The notes under the pieces were generated by a model that saw only the letters and a list, made by a program, of their open reading frames with translations, searched no databases and was not told where the DNA came from. A stretch of 64,000 nt of DNA from Candidatus Pacearchaeota archaeon (GTDB lineage: Archaea; Nanobdellota; Nanobdellia; Pacearchaeales; GW2011-AR1). How positions within the stretch are numbered: position 1 is the stretch's first letter; every line of letters starts with the position of its first letter. Location of the stretch: contig JAGVWZ010000009.1 in NCBI GenBank assembly GCA_018304045.1, positions 13 to 64,012 on the forward strand, in the 5' to 3' direction. Positions 30,868 through 40,561 of the stretch are shown here, piece by piece. The position numbers and the translations under genes are program-made.

Positions 30868-32892
30868 TTATTCTTTTGGAGTCCAGACTTCTACTCCTCT
30901 TGAATCAAATCCAAAATCCATTGGCTCCCCTCCTTCATTTCTTAATGCTCTTGATAATCTGTTCCTATATTCAGATGGATGATAAAATAAAAGATAGCCT
31001 CCTCCTCCAGAACCTAAAAGTTTTCCTCCAGATGCTCCTGCCTTTATTCCTGATTCATACAAATGATCAATTTCTGGATTAGAAATTCCTTGACTCATCT
31101 CTCTCTTGTATTTCCAAGACTCATGGAGCAATTCCCCTATTCCTTGAAGATTTCCTGTTAACAAAATATCTTTAATATTTATTGCAATATCTTTTAGTCT
31201 TCCTAATTTTAAGGCAACTTCTTCTTCATCCATTGCTCTTTCTAATACTCTTTGCTGAGTTCCTGAAAAATGTTGTTTTCCAACATAGCAGAGAGTTAGA
31301 TGGGATTCTAATTCCCGAATTGTTGTTTCTTTTAATCTTAAAGGGTAGATTATTCTTCTATCTTTACTAAATTCCATGAAATTAAATCCTCCTGTTGATG
31401 CTGCATATTGATCTTGTAATCCCCCTGGAATACCTAATTCATCTCTTTCAGCACGATAGGCAATATCTGCAACTTTACTATCTGCATATTCTACTCCTTG
31501 TAATTGGCTAATAAGTTTAGCTAATAGCACTGCTAAGCTTGCAGAAGAACCAAGGCCTCTTCCAGGAGGAATATCATTGGAAAGATGAAGATCTAACCCA
31601 AAATTAGGATTCATTAATTTTACAACTGCTTTTACTAAATCAAAATTACCATCATAGTTCATTTTTCTTGGATCAAATACAAATTCACTATCACAAAAAT
31701 CAGAATCTATAACTATTTTAGAATCTGCTCTTTTTCTTGCTGTTCCATGGCAATATTTATTTATGGTTGTGCTTATGACCACGCCTCCGTACTTTTCAAA
31801 ATAATTTGGAAGATCTGTTCCTCCTCCTGAAAAACTTATTCTTAAAGGAGATTTTCCTCTGACAATAGGGAATGCATTTGGTTCTAATTCTTCAGATCTA
31901 AATCTTATGTCAACTAATGTCCCCTGATTATCTATAACTGGAAGATGTCGTGTTCCTGAAAGGAGCATTTGATGTATTTGTTCTTCTGTATAACCTTCTC
32001 TTGCTACTTTCTCAAGATCAGTTATCATTGCTTGAGAAACAGGAGCATCTATATTTCCTCCTTGGGTTAAATATAACCTTGCGATTCTGTCATTAAAACT
32101 TCCTAAAAGTTTTTTATCTGGACCAACAATCAATACTGATTCTTTTCCTCTTTCTGCCATTAATGTCCATGCATCTCTCACACTTAATCCTGGAGAAATC
32201 ATAAAGTCATCTAAACTATCTCTTTTAAATTGAGCATAGGTTTCTGGCCTTCCTATGTCTATAAAATATCCATCATCAACGCAACCAAATAATCTTCTTT
32301 CATTTGCTAATCTTGGAAAAACTTCTCTTTCTAAAGAAGAATTTACTTCAGGAGACATATAATCAAATATTTCCGGAGTAAAAACATAAACACCTCTATT
32401 AATTAATCCTGGTTGACTCTTAGTTTTTTCAATAAAATCAACAACATTATCTCCATTTAAAATAACTTGGCCATAGTGAGAAGTATCTGGAGAATTAAAA
32501 AGGCCCATTGTTGCAATTCCTCTTTTAGATGCATGAAATTCTAAAAAACTTTTTAAATCTATTTTAGAAAAAGAATCTCCATTTAAAACTAAAAAATCTC
32601 CTTGATGATACCTTTCTGTTTTTTTAATTGCTCCGGCAGTTCCAAGAGGAGTTTCTTCTTCAGAATAGGTTATGTCCACACCCATTTTTTTTCCATTGCC
32701 AAAATAAGATTTTATTGTGTCAGCCATGTAGTGAACACAAAGCACAATGTCTTCAATACCTTGTTCCCTAAGCCATCTTATTTGATGTTCAAGAAATGGT
32801 TTTCCTGCAATCAATGCCATTGGTTTTGGCACATCTCTGACTACTTCTCTTAATCTTGTTCCAAATCCTCCTGCAAGAATCATTGCTTTCAT
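30868..32892 (-). CDS. trifunctional-architecture protein: sugar-1-P nucleotidyltransferase + CBS pair + GHMP sugar kinase (HddC/HddA-like)
   Basis: 674 aa. N-terminus MKAMILAGGFGTRLR (NTP_transferase), a central CBS pair, and a C-terminal PLRISFSGGGTDLP plus PPGRGLGSSASLAV (GHMP, COG2605-type heptose/fucose kinase). Confidence 0.85.
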   Translation of the reverse strand: MKAMILAGGFGTRLREVVRDVPKPMALIAGKPFLEHQIRWLREQGIEDIVLCVHYMADTIKSYFGNGKKMGVDITYSEEETPLGTAGAIKKTERYHQGDFLVLNGDSFSKIDLKSFLEFHASKRGIATMGLFNSPDTSHYGQVILNGDNVVDFIEKTKSQPGLINRGVYVFTPEIFDYMSPEVNSSLEREVFPRLANERRLFGCVDDGYFIDIGRPETYAQFKRDSLDDFMISPGLSVRDAWTLMAERGKESVLIVGPDKKLLGSFNDRIARLYLTQGGNIDAPVSQAMITDLEKVAREGYTEEQIHQMLLSGTRHLPVIDNQGTLVDIRFRSEELEPNAFPIVRGKSPLRISFSGGGTDLPNYFEKYGGVVISTTINKYCHGTARKRADSKIVIDSDFCDSEFVFDPRKMNYDGNFDLVKAVVKLMNPNFGLDLHLSNDIPPGRGLGSSASLAVLLAKLISQLQGVEYADSKVADIAYRAERDELGIPGGLQDQYAASTGGFNFMEFSKDRRIIYPLRLKETTIRELESHLTLCYVGKQHFSGTQQRVLERAMDEEEVALKLGRLKDIAINIKDILLTGNLQGIGELLHESWKYKREMSQGISNPEIDHLYESGIKAGASGGKLLGSGGGGYLLFYHPSEYRNRLSRALRNEGGEPMDFGFDSRGVEVWTPKE

Positions 32893-32940
32893 TTAGTAAG
32901 ATATCTTTTATGACATATTGAGTTTTTCAGTCATTTTGAA

Positions 32941-33873
32941 TTAGAAATTTTGAACCGCAGCTATTACTGATTGTTCATCTATTCCAGCTGCTCTATGCAA
33001 TGCATCTCTTCCATATTTGTAAATATATTTGTCGTTTATTCCAATTCTTTTAAGTTGAGTTGGAAGCCTGTTATCACAAATTGCTTCTGCAACAATACTT
33101 CCAAGTCCTCCTGCAAGAAGATGTTCTTCTAAGGAAACAACTCTTTTGTATTGAGAAAGTGCTTGTACAAATTCAGGCGATATTTGTTTTGGCCTGTATA
33201 AATCAATTACTCCAACATCTAAATTTCCTACTTTTGATGCTACATCAAGTGCTCTATGAACCATGTTTCCTGTTGAAACAATTGCTAAATCACTTCCTTT
33301 TCTTAATTCTGCAAAACCTTGATTTACATCTTCATCATCACCATAGATTAAAGGTACTTTTTGTCTTTCTAATCTTAAATAACATGGATGTTGAGAATTA
33401 TAGGTATATCTAGCACATTTTCCAGCTATAACACTATCTGAAGGAGAAAGGATTTCAAGTCCTGGTAAGGCTCTCATTATGCTTATGTCCTCTGTTGTAT
33501 GGTGAGTTGGTCCTGAATCTTCATAGCCAAAGCCAGCTCCAACACCAATTAATGTTAAAGGAGTTTTCATTAAACTTGCATCTACTTTTGTAAATTCATG
33601 ACATCTTGAAGTTATGAATGGTGCAATTGCATAAGTATAAACTTTTTTTCCTTCATTTGCAAGTCCTGTTGCAACAGCAATCATATTATGTTCTGCAATT
33701 CCAACATTGATAAATCTATTTCCAAAATCTCTTCGAAATCTATCTAGTGCAGGAGCACCCATGTCTGCTGATAAAACCATTACATGTGGATCTTCTCTAG
33801 CTATCTCATAGAGATTCATAAAAAAAGCATCTCTCATTGATATATTTTTTAAAGATATTTTCTCGTCGCCCAT
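32941..33873 (-). CDS. transketolase, C-terminal (pyrimidine-binding) subunit
   Basis: 310 aa with FINVGIAEHNMIAVATGLA. Overlaps the N-subunit gene by 25 nt. Confidence 0.9.
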   Translation of the reverse strand: MGDEKISLKNISMRDAFFMNLYEIAREDPHVMVLSADMGAPALDRFRRDFGNRFINVGIAEHNMIAVATGLANEGKKVYTYAIAPFITSRCHEFTKVDASLMKTPLTLIGVGAGFGYEDSGPTHHTTEDISIMRALPGLEILSPSDSVIAGKCARYTYNSQHPCYLRLERQKVPLIYGDDEDVNQGFAELRKGSDLAIVSTGNMVHRALDVASKVGNLDVGVIDLYRPKQISPEFVQALSQYKRVVSLEEHLLAGGLGSIVAEAICDNRLPTQLKRIGINDKYIYKYGRDALHRAAGIDEQSVIAAVQNF

Positions 33874-34724
33874 CTTTGTACCTCCTCTGAATATTCTCCT
33901 AATTGTCCTTTTGCTTTAACACCTTCTTCTCCAAGAGGAGCTAGTCCATGCCATCTTGCAACACTTTCTATAAATTCAATTCCTTTACCTTTTACTGTGT
34001 CTGCTACTATTGCTAATGGTTTTTCTGTTTTTCTAGTTCTTACATCTTCAAGAGCACTACAAATTTCTTCTATTGAATGTCCATTAATTTTTCTAACATC
34101 CCAGCCAAAGGATTTAAATTTTTCATCAAAAGGATTAAGTTTTACAATTTCTTCTGTTGCACCCATCACTCCATATCCGTTTCTGTCTACAATTGCAGTT
34201 AAATTATTTAATCTATGGTGAGCAGCAAACATTGCAGCTTCCCAAACAGAACCTTCATAACATTCTGCATCACCCATTAAAACAAAAGTATGATAATCTT
34301 TTAAACCCATTTTTGCAGCAAGTGCAACTCCAGAACCAATTCCTAATCCATGGCCTAGAGAACCCATGGTGTATTCTACTCCAGGAATATCTCCTTGTAA
34401 GTGAACTCCAAAATGACCTTCTCCTGTTGCAAAACCATCTAGCCAATCTTTTGGAAAAAAACCTAAATCAGCTAATACATTATAGAGTATGGGACTTGCT
34501 TGGCCTTTGCTTAAAATAAATCTGTCTCTATCTTCCCATTTTGGATTTTGTGGATCATACCTCATAATTCCTCCTTGATAAAGTGCTGTTAAGAGTTCTG
34601 CACAGGAAAAAGAAGAAGTTACATGCCCTGTCCTGGCCCTTATACACATGTCAAGAGTATTTTGACGAATCTCATTTGTTTTTCTATAAAGATCTGCTAT
34701 TTTAGGTCCAGGTATATTACTCAT
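33849..34724 (-). CDS. transketolase, N-terminal (ThDP-binding) subunit
   Basis: 291 aa with GHVTSSFSCAELLTALY, GSLGHGLGIGSG and LMGDAECYEGSVWEA motifs. Confidence 0.9.
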   Translation of the reverse strand: MSNIPGPKIADLYRKTNEIRQNTLDMCIRARTGHVTSSFSCAELLTALYQGGIMRYDPQNPKWEDRDRFILSKGQASPILYNVLADLGFFPKDWLDGFATGEGHFGVHLQGDIPGVEYTMGSLGHGLGIGSGVALAAKMGLKDYHTFVLMGDAECYEGSVWEAAMFAAHHRLNNLTAIVDRNGYGVMGATEEIVKLNPFDEKFKSFGWDVRKINGHSIEEICSALEDVRTRKTEKPLAIVADTVKGKGIEFIESVARWHGLAPLGEEGVKAKGQLGEYSEEVQRWATRKYL

Positions 34725-34794
34725 TTTTTATTCACTAATTTTATTAAATCAGAAAAATATTGTTTTTAAAGATTGTTAGTCAAAATAATATATA

Positions 34795-36264
34795 TTAATC
34801 TTCTAAAATTCTCCTTTTTATTCTTGTTTTTGTCATTAATTCAATATGTTCCCTTGCTGGAATACCAAATTTTCTTTCAATCATTGCTAAATAATCAGGA
34901 TTTGTAAAATATTTATTAAATGCATTATCTCTAAATCTTAGTACTTCTGCTGCACTTAAAAAATTTGTTGGAAGTGGTTTGCAATCATAGGAATGTTGAG
35001 AATATCCTATCCAAGAATCTGGAAGAGCTACTCCTCTTTGCACTGCATCTGAAAATAATTGAGAACCTGGGTAGGCCATTGCACAATAAAGATTTACAAA
35101 TTCACAATTTAATTCTTGTGCAAAATCTAATGTTTCTTGCATTGTTCCTTGTGTATCTTCTGGAAATCCAAACATATAATTTCCAATAATATTAATTCCA
35201 TTATCTCCAACTACTTTTCTTACTTTTCTTATATCGTCTTTTAGAAATCTTCCTTTTTGAGCATGTTGTCTTACTTCATCATTTCCAGCTTCAAATCCAT
35301 AGCAGAACCAATTAAAACCAGCTTCTTTTAATTTTTTTAAATGAGCTTCTTGAGTTGTGTCTACTCTTGAATATGCCCAGATATTTAAATCAAGTCCTCT
35401 TTCTTGAATTCCATCACAAATTCCAACATAATGTTTGGGATTAAACAAAAACATTTCATCAATTATTTTTATCACTTCTACACCATATTTTTCTTGCAGA
35501 GTAGTTAATTGATTTACAACCCATTCTGGACTCCAATTTCTTATTCTGTGTTCTCCTCCAAAAGTTGCACTAATTGAACAGAAATTACATTCGTATGGAC
35601 AACCCATGCTTGTTGAAATAGAAGCATATTTTTTTCTAGATTCAAAATCATCTAAGCACTGCCAATTATGTGCTTTATATCTTCCCATAGGTAATAAATC
35701 CCAGGCAACATCTCCTAATTCTCTTGTTAAATCAGATATATTTGCAGCACGAGGATTACTTTGTATTAATCCCCTATCTTTCCACCATAGTCCTGGAATT
35801 TCCCTTAAGGGTTTAGATTGCAATAATCCTAATACTGTATTAAATCCTTCTCCTTCTCCAACATAATCGCAGGCTTCTTCTTCAAGAGTTCTTCTTGGAA
35901 GAGCTGATGGATGCAATCCTGTTAATAATATTCTTCTGTGAGGATTTGTTTGTTTTATTTGTCTGCATAATTCTCCTACGCTTCCCATTAATTGAGTCGA
36001 TGCTGCTGGTTGCTGACCATAGACTACAATATTTACTAATTGTGGATCATAATCTTCTACTCTTTCAACACTTTCTTCCATTGATAAATTTTCAGCATTT
36101 GCATCTAAAATTTTTGGATCAAAACCTCTTTGTCTTACAAAACCTGCTGTTAGTGCTTGCCAAAAAGGAGGTTCTATTGCAGAATAGTCTTTACTTAATT
36201 CCTGATAAACTTTTTTCTTAGCTCCGCCAACATTTATTAATAATAAATCTAATTTTTTTGTCAT
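34795..36264 (-). CDS. cobalamin-binding-domain (class B) radical SAM protein
   Basis: 489 aa. N-terminal LLINVGG...VVYGQQP, LTGLHPS and VGEGEG, plus SMGCPYECNFCSI. Confidence 0.85.
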   Translation of the reverse strand: MTKKLDLLLINVGGAKKKVYQELSKDYSAIEPPFWQALTAGFVRQRGFDPKILDANAENLSMEESVERVEDYDPQLVNIVVYGQQPAASTQLMGSVGELCRQIKQTNPHRRILLTGLHPSALPRRTLEEEACDYVGEGEGFNTVLGLLQSKPLREIPGLWWKDRGLIQSNPRAANISDLTRELGDVAWDLLPMGRYKAHNWQCLDDFESRKKYASISTSMGCPYECNFCSISATFGGEHRIRNWSPEWVVNQLTTLQEKYGVEVIKIIDEMFLFNPKHYVGICDGIQERGLDLNIWAYSRVDTTQEAHLKKLKEAGFNWFCYGFEAGNDEVRQHAQKGRFLKDDIRKVRKVVGDNGINIIGNYMFGFPEDTQGTMQETLDFAQELNCEFVNLYCAMAYPGSQLFSDAVQRGVALPDSWIGYSQHSYDCKPLPTNFLSAAEVLRFRDNAFNKYFTNPDYLAMIERKFGIPAREHIELMTKTRIKRRILED

Positions 36265-36314
36265 TGGTTTATATCTCCTTAGTTAGTTAAAAACATTATT
36301 ATAATTATTTGTTA

Positions 36315-37280
36315 TCAAAGACTTGGATCATTTCTACAATAGTCTAACAAATGATTAACACTTTGTTCAAAAGTATACCTTGGTTTCCAACCTGTTTCTC
36401 TTCTAAACTTAGTTGTATCTGGAATTTGTAAAGTTACATCTGTAGGCCTAAGAAGTTTTGGATCGATTCTTGATGGAATTGGGCATTTTGCTAAACTTTT
36501 TAAAACATCTAAAAATTCTCCTACTTTAATTACAGTATCTCCCCCTATATTATATACTTCTCCTGGTTTTCCTTTTTCAGTAGCATACCAATAGGATTCC
36601 ATTGCATCTCTAACATCAATCATTGTTCGAACAGAATCAAGATTACCATGTAATAATTCTGGTTGATGCCCTCTTTCAATCCTGACAACCTGTCTTGCAA
36701 ATGCAGTTGAAAATAAATCAGTTCTTCTTGGATTTAAATAAGAAAACATCCTTGTCCTGATAACATTTAAACCATAATTCTCATAATAAACACTGCCGAG
36801 TAAATCCTGTGTTGTTTTTGAAACAGCATAGGGATTTGCAGGAGCTATTGGACATTCTTCTATGATTGGAACATTTTCAGGTTTAACAAGACCATATACT
36901 TCAGAAGTACTGCATAATTGAATTATTGGATGAATATCTGTACATTTAATTGCTTCTAAAAGATTTGCAGTTCCCATTATATTATTTTGTAAAACTGAAA
37001 GTGGAACATCAAAACAAGCTCTTACATTTGCATGTGCTGCTAAATGAAAAATATAATCTGGATTTATTTCATTTAATCTCCTGAATACTGAACTAAAATC
37101 ATTTAAATCACATTCATGAACCTGAACTTTATCTGCAATTGCTTCAAGATTTTTATTAGAAGTAGTACTATGCCATCTTGAAATCCCATGCACTTCTATT
37201 TCTGGATGACTTTCAACAAGATATTCTGCAAGATAGCTTCCTCCAGAACCTGTTATTCCAGTTATTAACGCCCTTTTCAT
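36315..37280 (-). CDS. NAD-dependent nucleotide-sugar 4,6-dehydratase/reductase (GDP-mannose 4,6-dehydratase family)
   Basis: 321 aa with ITGITGSGGSYLAEYL (GxxGxxG), CSTSEVYG and the YAVSK catalytic dyad. Confidence 0.8.
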   Translation of the reverse strand: MKRALITGITGSGGSYLAEYLVESHPEIEVHGISRWHSTTSNKNLEAIADKVQVHECDLNDFSSVFRRLNEINPDYIFHLAAHANVRACFDVPLSVLQNNIMGTANLLEAIKCTDIHPIIQLCSTSEVYGLVKPENVPIIEECPIAPANPYAVSKTTQDLLGSVYYENYGLNVIRTRMFSYLNPRRTDLFSTAFARQVVRIERGHQPELLHGNLDSVRTMIDVRDAMESYWYATEKGKPGEVYNIGGDTVIKVGEFLDVLKSLAKCPIPSRIDPKLLRPTDVTLQIPDTTKFRRETGWKPRYTFEQSVNHLLDYCRNDPSL

Positions 37281-37362
37281 AGTAGGAGTTAAAAAAGATT
37301 GATTTTTAAAGATTGTTATGATGCTCTACAGGGTTAAATTCTCTAAGAATATAATTAATGAA

Positions 37363-38937
37363 TTAGTGATTTGTGAGACTTAATAATTTTCTTTTAATTG
37401 AATTAAATATCATAAAATCATTTTTATCAAAACATCCAGTAAATAGTATTAAAATAATATAAGCTATTGCAAAGGTAATACCTATAATTAACAGAATAAA
37501 TAGATTTACACTTATAACTTTACTTATAATATAAACTGGAATCACCAATATCATTGTGACTATGAAAATCTTTATCATATCTCTTTTAAATGGAATTATT
37601 GAAATATAATGTCTCACTTGTAACACTAACAATATATTAAATATGATGACAGATATCATTGTTGCAATTGCTGCACCTGTGATTCCATAGGAATTATCAA
37701 TAAATCCTATTGTTTTCATAGGAATCAATATAAGGTTTAAAACTAAATTAATAACAGACGCGAGGATTATATCAAATAAAATAAGTTTTGATTTTCCAAT
37801 CATTAACAGAAGATTATTAGATATTGAAAATAGAGAAAAGAACAGGCATGATATTGAAAGGAATCTAAGGGCATTTTCAGCAACTAAATATTCTGGCCCA
37901 AATAAAATGTTAATAAATACTCCTGGAAAAAGAATTATTAAGACAAGCATTGGAAGGTTGATTATCCAAACCCATTTTCCTACTTGTTTGCTTAGGTCTT
38001 CAATCAAAGATAATTTTTTTTGAGAATAATACTTTGTTACTAATGGAAAAAAAAGCTGAATAAAAATTTCTGAGGATAGCGTGAGTATTGCAGCTATTGG
38101 AAGTGCAGCATTATAAAACCCTACTTCTCTTACTCCTTTAAAATATCCTATTAAAAAAGAATCAATCCAATAAAAGAGACTTGAAACAACTCCAAAAAAC
38201 ATTATTGACCAAGAATATGAAAATAAATTTTTGAATAGTTTTTTTCCTTTTTCCCCTAAATTTGATTTTTTGAATATTTCTGGAAATTTGAATTTGCAAT
38301 AAAAATAAGCTGATAAAAATACTATCAGAGTTCCGATAAAAAATGAAGAAATAACTGCCCCATTTTTTAATCCTATCCATATTAATAAAGCAAGCACTAT
38401 TAATTTTGAAGCATTTTGAACAATATTGAATATGAAAGAGTATGCTGAAATTTTTTCATAGGCGCGTATTATTGCTAAAAAAAGACTTGAAAAAATCCAT
38501 ATTGGCAAAAGAATGCTAAAAATTCTAAGATAAATTATTAATTCTGAATTATGAAATATATTAATAGAAAGATATCTAGAAAACAAAAACAATAGAACTG
38601 CTGCTGAAATTGAAGAAATTAATAATATTAGTGATGTTTTTCTAAAAAGATGATTTATTTTACCCTTGCTATTCTTTAATCTATAAAAAGAAATATATCT
38701 TAATAATCCTTCTGCAAGACCTAATGAAAAAAATGCTGCAAACAATCCTAAAATCATAGACGCTAAAGAAAAAAGACCATATACTTCTGAGCCTAAATAT
38801 CTTGCAATCAGTATTCTATAAAGATATGTTACTACCTTGGATATAACTATTCCAAAAAATACTATAAAAGATGTTTTTACTAATAATTTTAAAGAATCAT
38901 CCAGTGCTATTGCTTTATTTTTTTTTGTTTCTTTCAT
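37363..38937 (-). CDS. MOP-superfamily polysaccharide flippase (Wzx-like)
   Basis: 524 aa, about 14 TM. Typical polysaccharide biosynthesis protein topology. Confidence 0.8.
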   Translation of the reverse strand: MKETKKNKAIALDDSLKLLVKTSFIVFFGIVISKVVTYLYRILIARYLGSEVYGLFSLASMILGLFAAFFSLGLAEGLLRYISFYRLKNSKGKINHLFRKTSLILLISSISAAVLLFLFSRYLSINIFHNSELIIYLRIFSILLPIWIFSSLFLAIIRAYEKISAYSFIFNIVQNASKLIVLALLIWIGLKNGAVISSFFIGTLIVFLSAYFYCKFKFPEIFKKSNLGEKGKKLFKNLFSYSWSIMFFGVVSSLFYWIDSFLIGYFKGVREVGFYNAALPIAAILTLSSEIFIQLFFPLVTKYYSQKKLSLIEDLSKQVGKWVWIINLPMLVLIILFPGVFINILFGPEYLVAENALRFLSISCLFFSLFSISNNLLLMIGKSKLILFDIILASVINLVLNLILIPMKTIGFIDNSYGITGAAIATMISVIIFNILLVLQVRHYISIIPFKRDMIKIFIVTMILVIPVYIISKVISVNLFILLIIGITFAIAYIILILFTGCFDKNDFMIFNSIKRKLLSLTNH

Positions 38938-38995
38938 GTTTGTAAATAATATAAATATTCAAGTATAAAAAGTAAAAACCCCTTTAATTAACTTA

Positions 38996-40561
38996 CTATC
39001 TCTCCTTGCTCAATTTCTCTAAAGTTAAATACAAACTTAATAAAAAATTTCTGTTATCTGATTTTATATAAAACATTTCCCTAGCACCCATTCTATCAAA
39101 ACTCTTGCAGAATCTTTCATAGTATTCTGGATTGGTTTTATTTGGTTCTAAATTTTTTCCAAAATCCCAACTAGATGCTTTAATATCATTTACTACTATT
39201 AAAAAATCATTTATAGTTTTATTATCTTGGAGTTTAGTATTTCTTGCCATTGAAAGAGCTTTTTCAAAAATCATTGGGGACATAATTGCAGAGCCTATTG
39301 AAATATAAACCCCTCCTTCTAAATTAGAAACACTTTCTACAAATTTCAGAAAATCAATTTCAGAAGTTTTTCCTATTGAAGCTCCATCTGATAATGGATG
39401 AGTATAAATTATATCATATCCAAATCCTGGATGTATTGTAAATGGTATTTTATTAAAAAATGCAGATTCTTGTATACTAAACTGTTTAAATGGATGAATT
39501 AATTTGAAGTTTTCTGTTATTTTATGGTTTTTTAATTTATTTAATAGAGAGATATTATTTATTTCTGGAATTATTATTTCTTCTTTATGAATCATCTCTC
39601 CTATGGATTCACCATAACCTTTTTCCCTTAAAGCTCCGGATATTAATGCAAGATTAATGTATTTTCCTGTTTCTTCCCAGATTCCAAATTGACCTGAGAT
39701 GATATTTTCCCTTACATCTTCTTCTGATTTTCCAATGAATGAAAATTCCCAATCATGAATTGAACCTGCTCCGTTTGTGGCTAAATGTGTAACATATCTT
39801 TTTTCAATCATTTTTCTTAATATAGGAGAAAGTCCATTTTTAATTAAATGAGCTCCAAAAGCTATAATTATAGATTTATTGTTCTTCTTTGCATCTAAAA
39901 TATTTTCAGCCATAATCTCTATTTTTTTATCATCTATTAAATCAAAATTCTCATATTTATCTTCATTCATTGCTATCTTAATTATGTCAGATTTACTTTT
40001 CCTTTCTAAAATAGATTTAAATTTTATTTTTTCTCGATTAAATAATTTATTATTCAGAATTACCTTTGAACATTCAAGTAAATCTTTGAATTTTTTTAGA
40101 TTATCCTCTTTATTATATTTTGAATCAATTAATAGGGTTCTACACCCTGCAGTTTCTCCCATTTCAATGTCTTTTAATTTATCCCCAATCATCCAGGATT
40201 CTCTTAAATTAATAGAATAATCTTTTTCAGCTTGTTTAAGAAAGAGAATGTTTGGTTTTCTACAGATACAATTTTCTTCTGGAGAATGTGGACAAAAATA
40301 AACTTTTTCAATAATTATTTTTTCTTTTTTAAATATTTCTAACATATGTTCATTTAATTTATTAAATTCATCTAGAGAATAATATCCTCTCCCTATTCCA
40401 GATTGATTTGTTACTATAAATAATTTGAAGCCATTTGATTGCAGAATTCTTAGGGATTCAAAAACATTTGGAAGAAACTCAAAATCTTGAATTTTTGAAA
40501 CATAACCTGTGTCCTTATTTATAACCCCGTCCCTATCCAAAAATACAGCCTTATTTTTCAT
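38996..40561 (-). CDS. gmhB: D,D-heptose 1,7-bisphosphate phosphatase (GmhB, HAD-IIIA) fused to an uncharacterised ~330-aa C-terminal domain
   Basis: 521 aa. N-terminus AVFLDRDGVINKD, TNQSGIGRG, CPHSPEENCICRKP and GDKLKDIE. The C-terminal domain (GAHLIKNGL...HLATNGAGSIHDWEF) has no assignment I can make. Confidence 0.75.
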   Translation of the reverse strand: MKNKAVFLDRDGVINKDTGYVSKIQDFEFLPNVFESLRILQSNGFKLFIVTNQSGIGRGYYSLDEFNKLNEHMLEIFKKEKIIIEKVYFCPHSPEENCICRKPNILFLKQAEKDYSINLRESWMIGDKLKDIEMGETAGCRTLLIDSKYNKEDNLKKFKDLLECSKVILNNKLFNREKIKFKSILERKSKSDIIKIAMNEDKYENFDLIDDKKIEIMAENILDAKKNNKSIIIAFGAHLIKNGLSPILRKMIEKRYVTHLATNGAGSIHDWEFSFIGKSEEDVRENIISGQFGIWEETGKYINLALISGALREKGYGESIGEMIHKEEIIIPEINNISLLNKLKNHKITENFKLIHPFKQFSIQESAFFNKIPFTIHPGFGYDIIYTHPLSDGASIGKTSEIDFLKFVESVSNLEGGVYISIGSAIMSPMIFEKALSMARNTKLQDNKTINDFLIVVNDIKASSWDFGKNLEPNKTNPEYYERFCKSFDRMGAREMFYIKSDNRNFLLSLYLTLEKLSKER

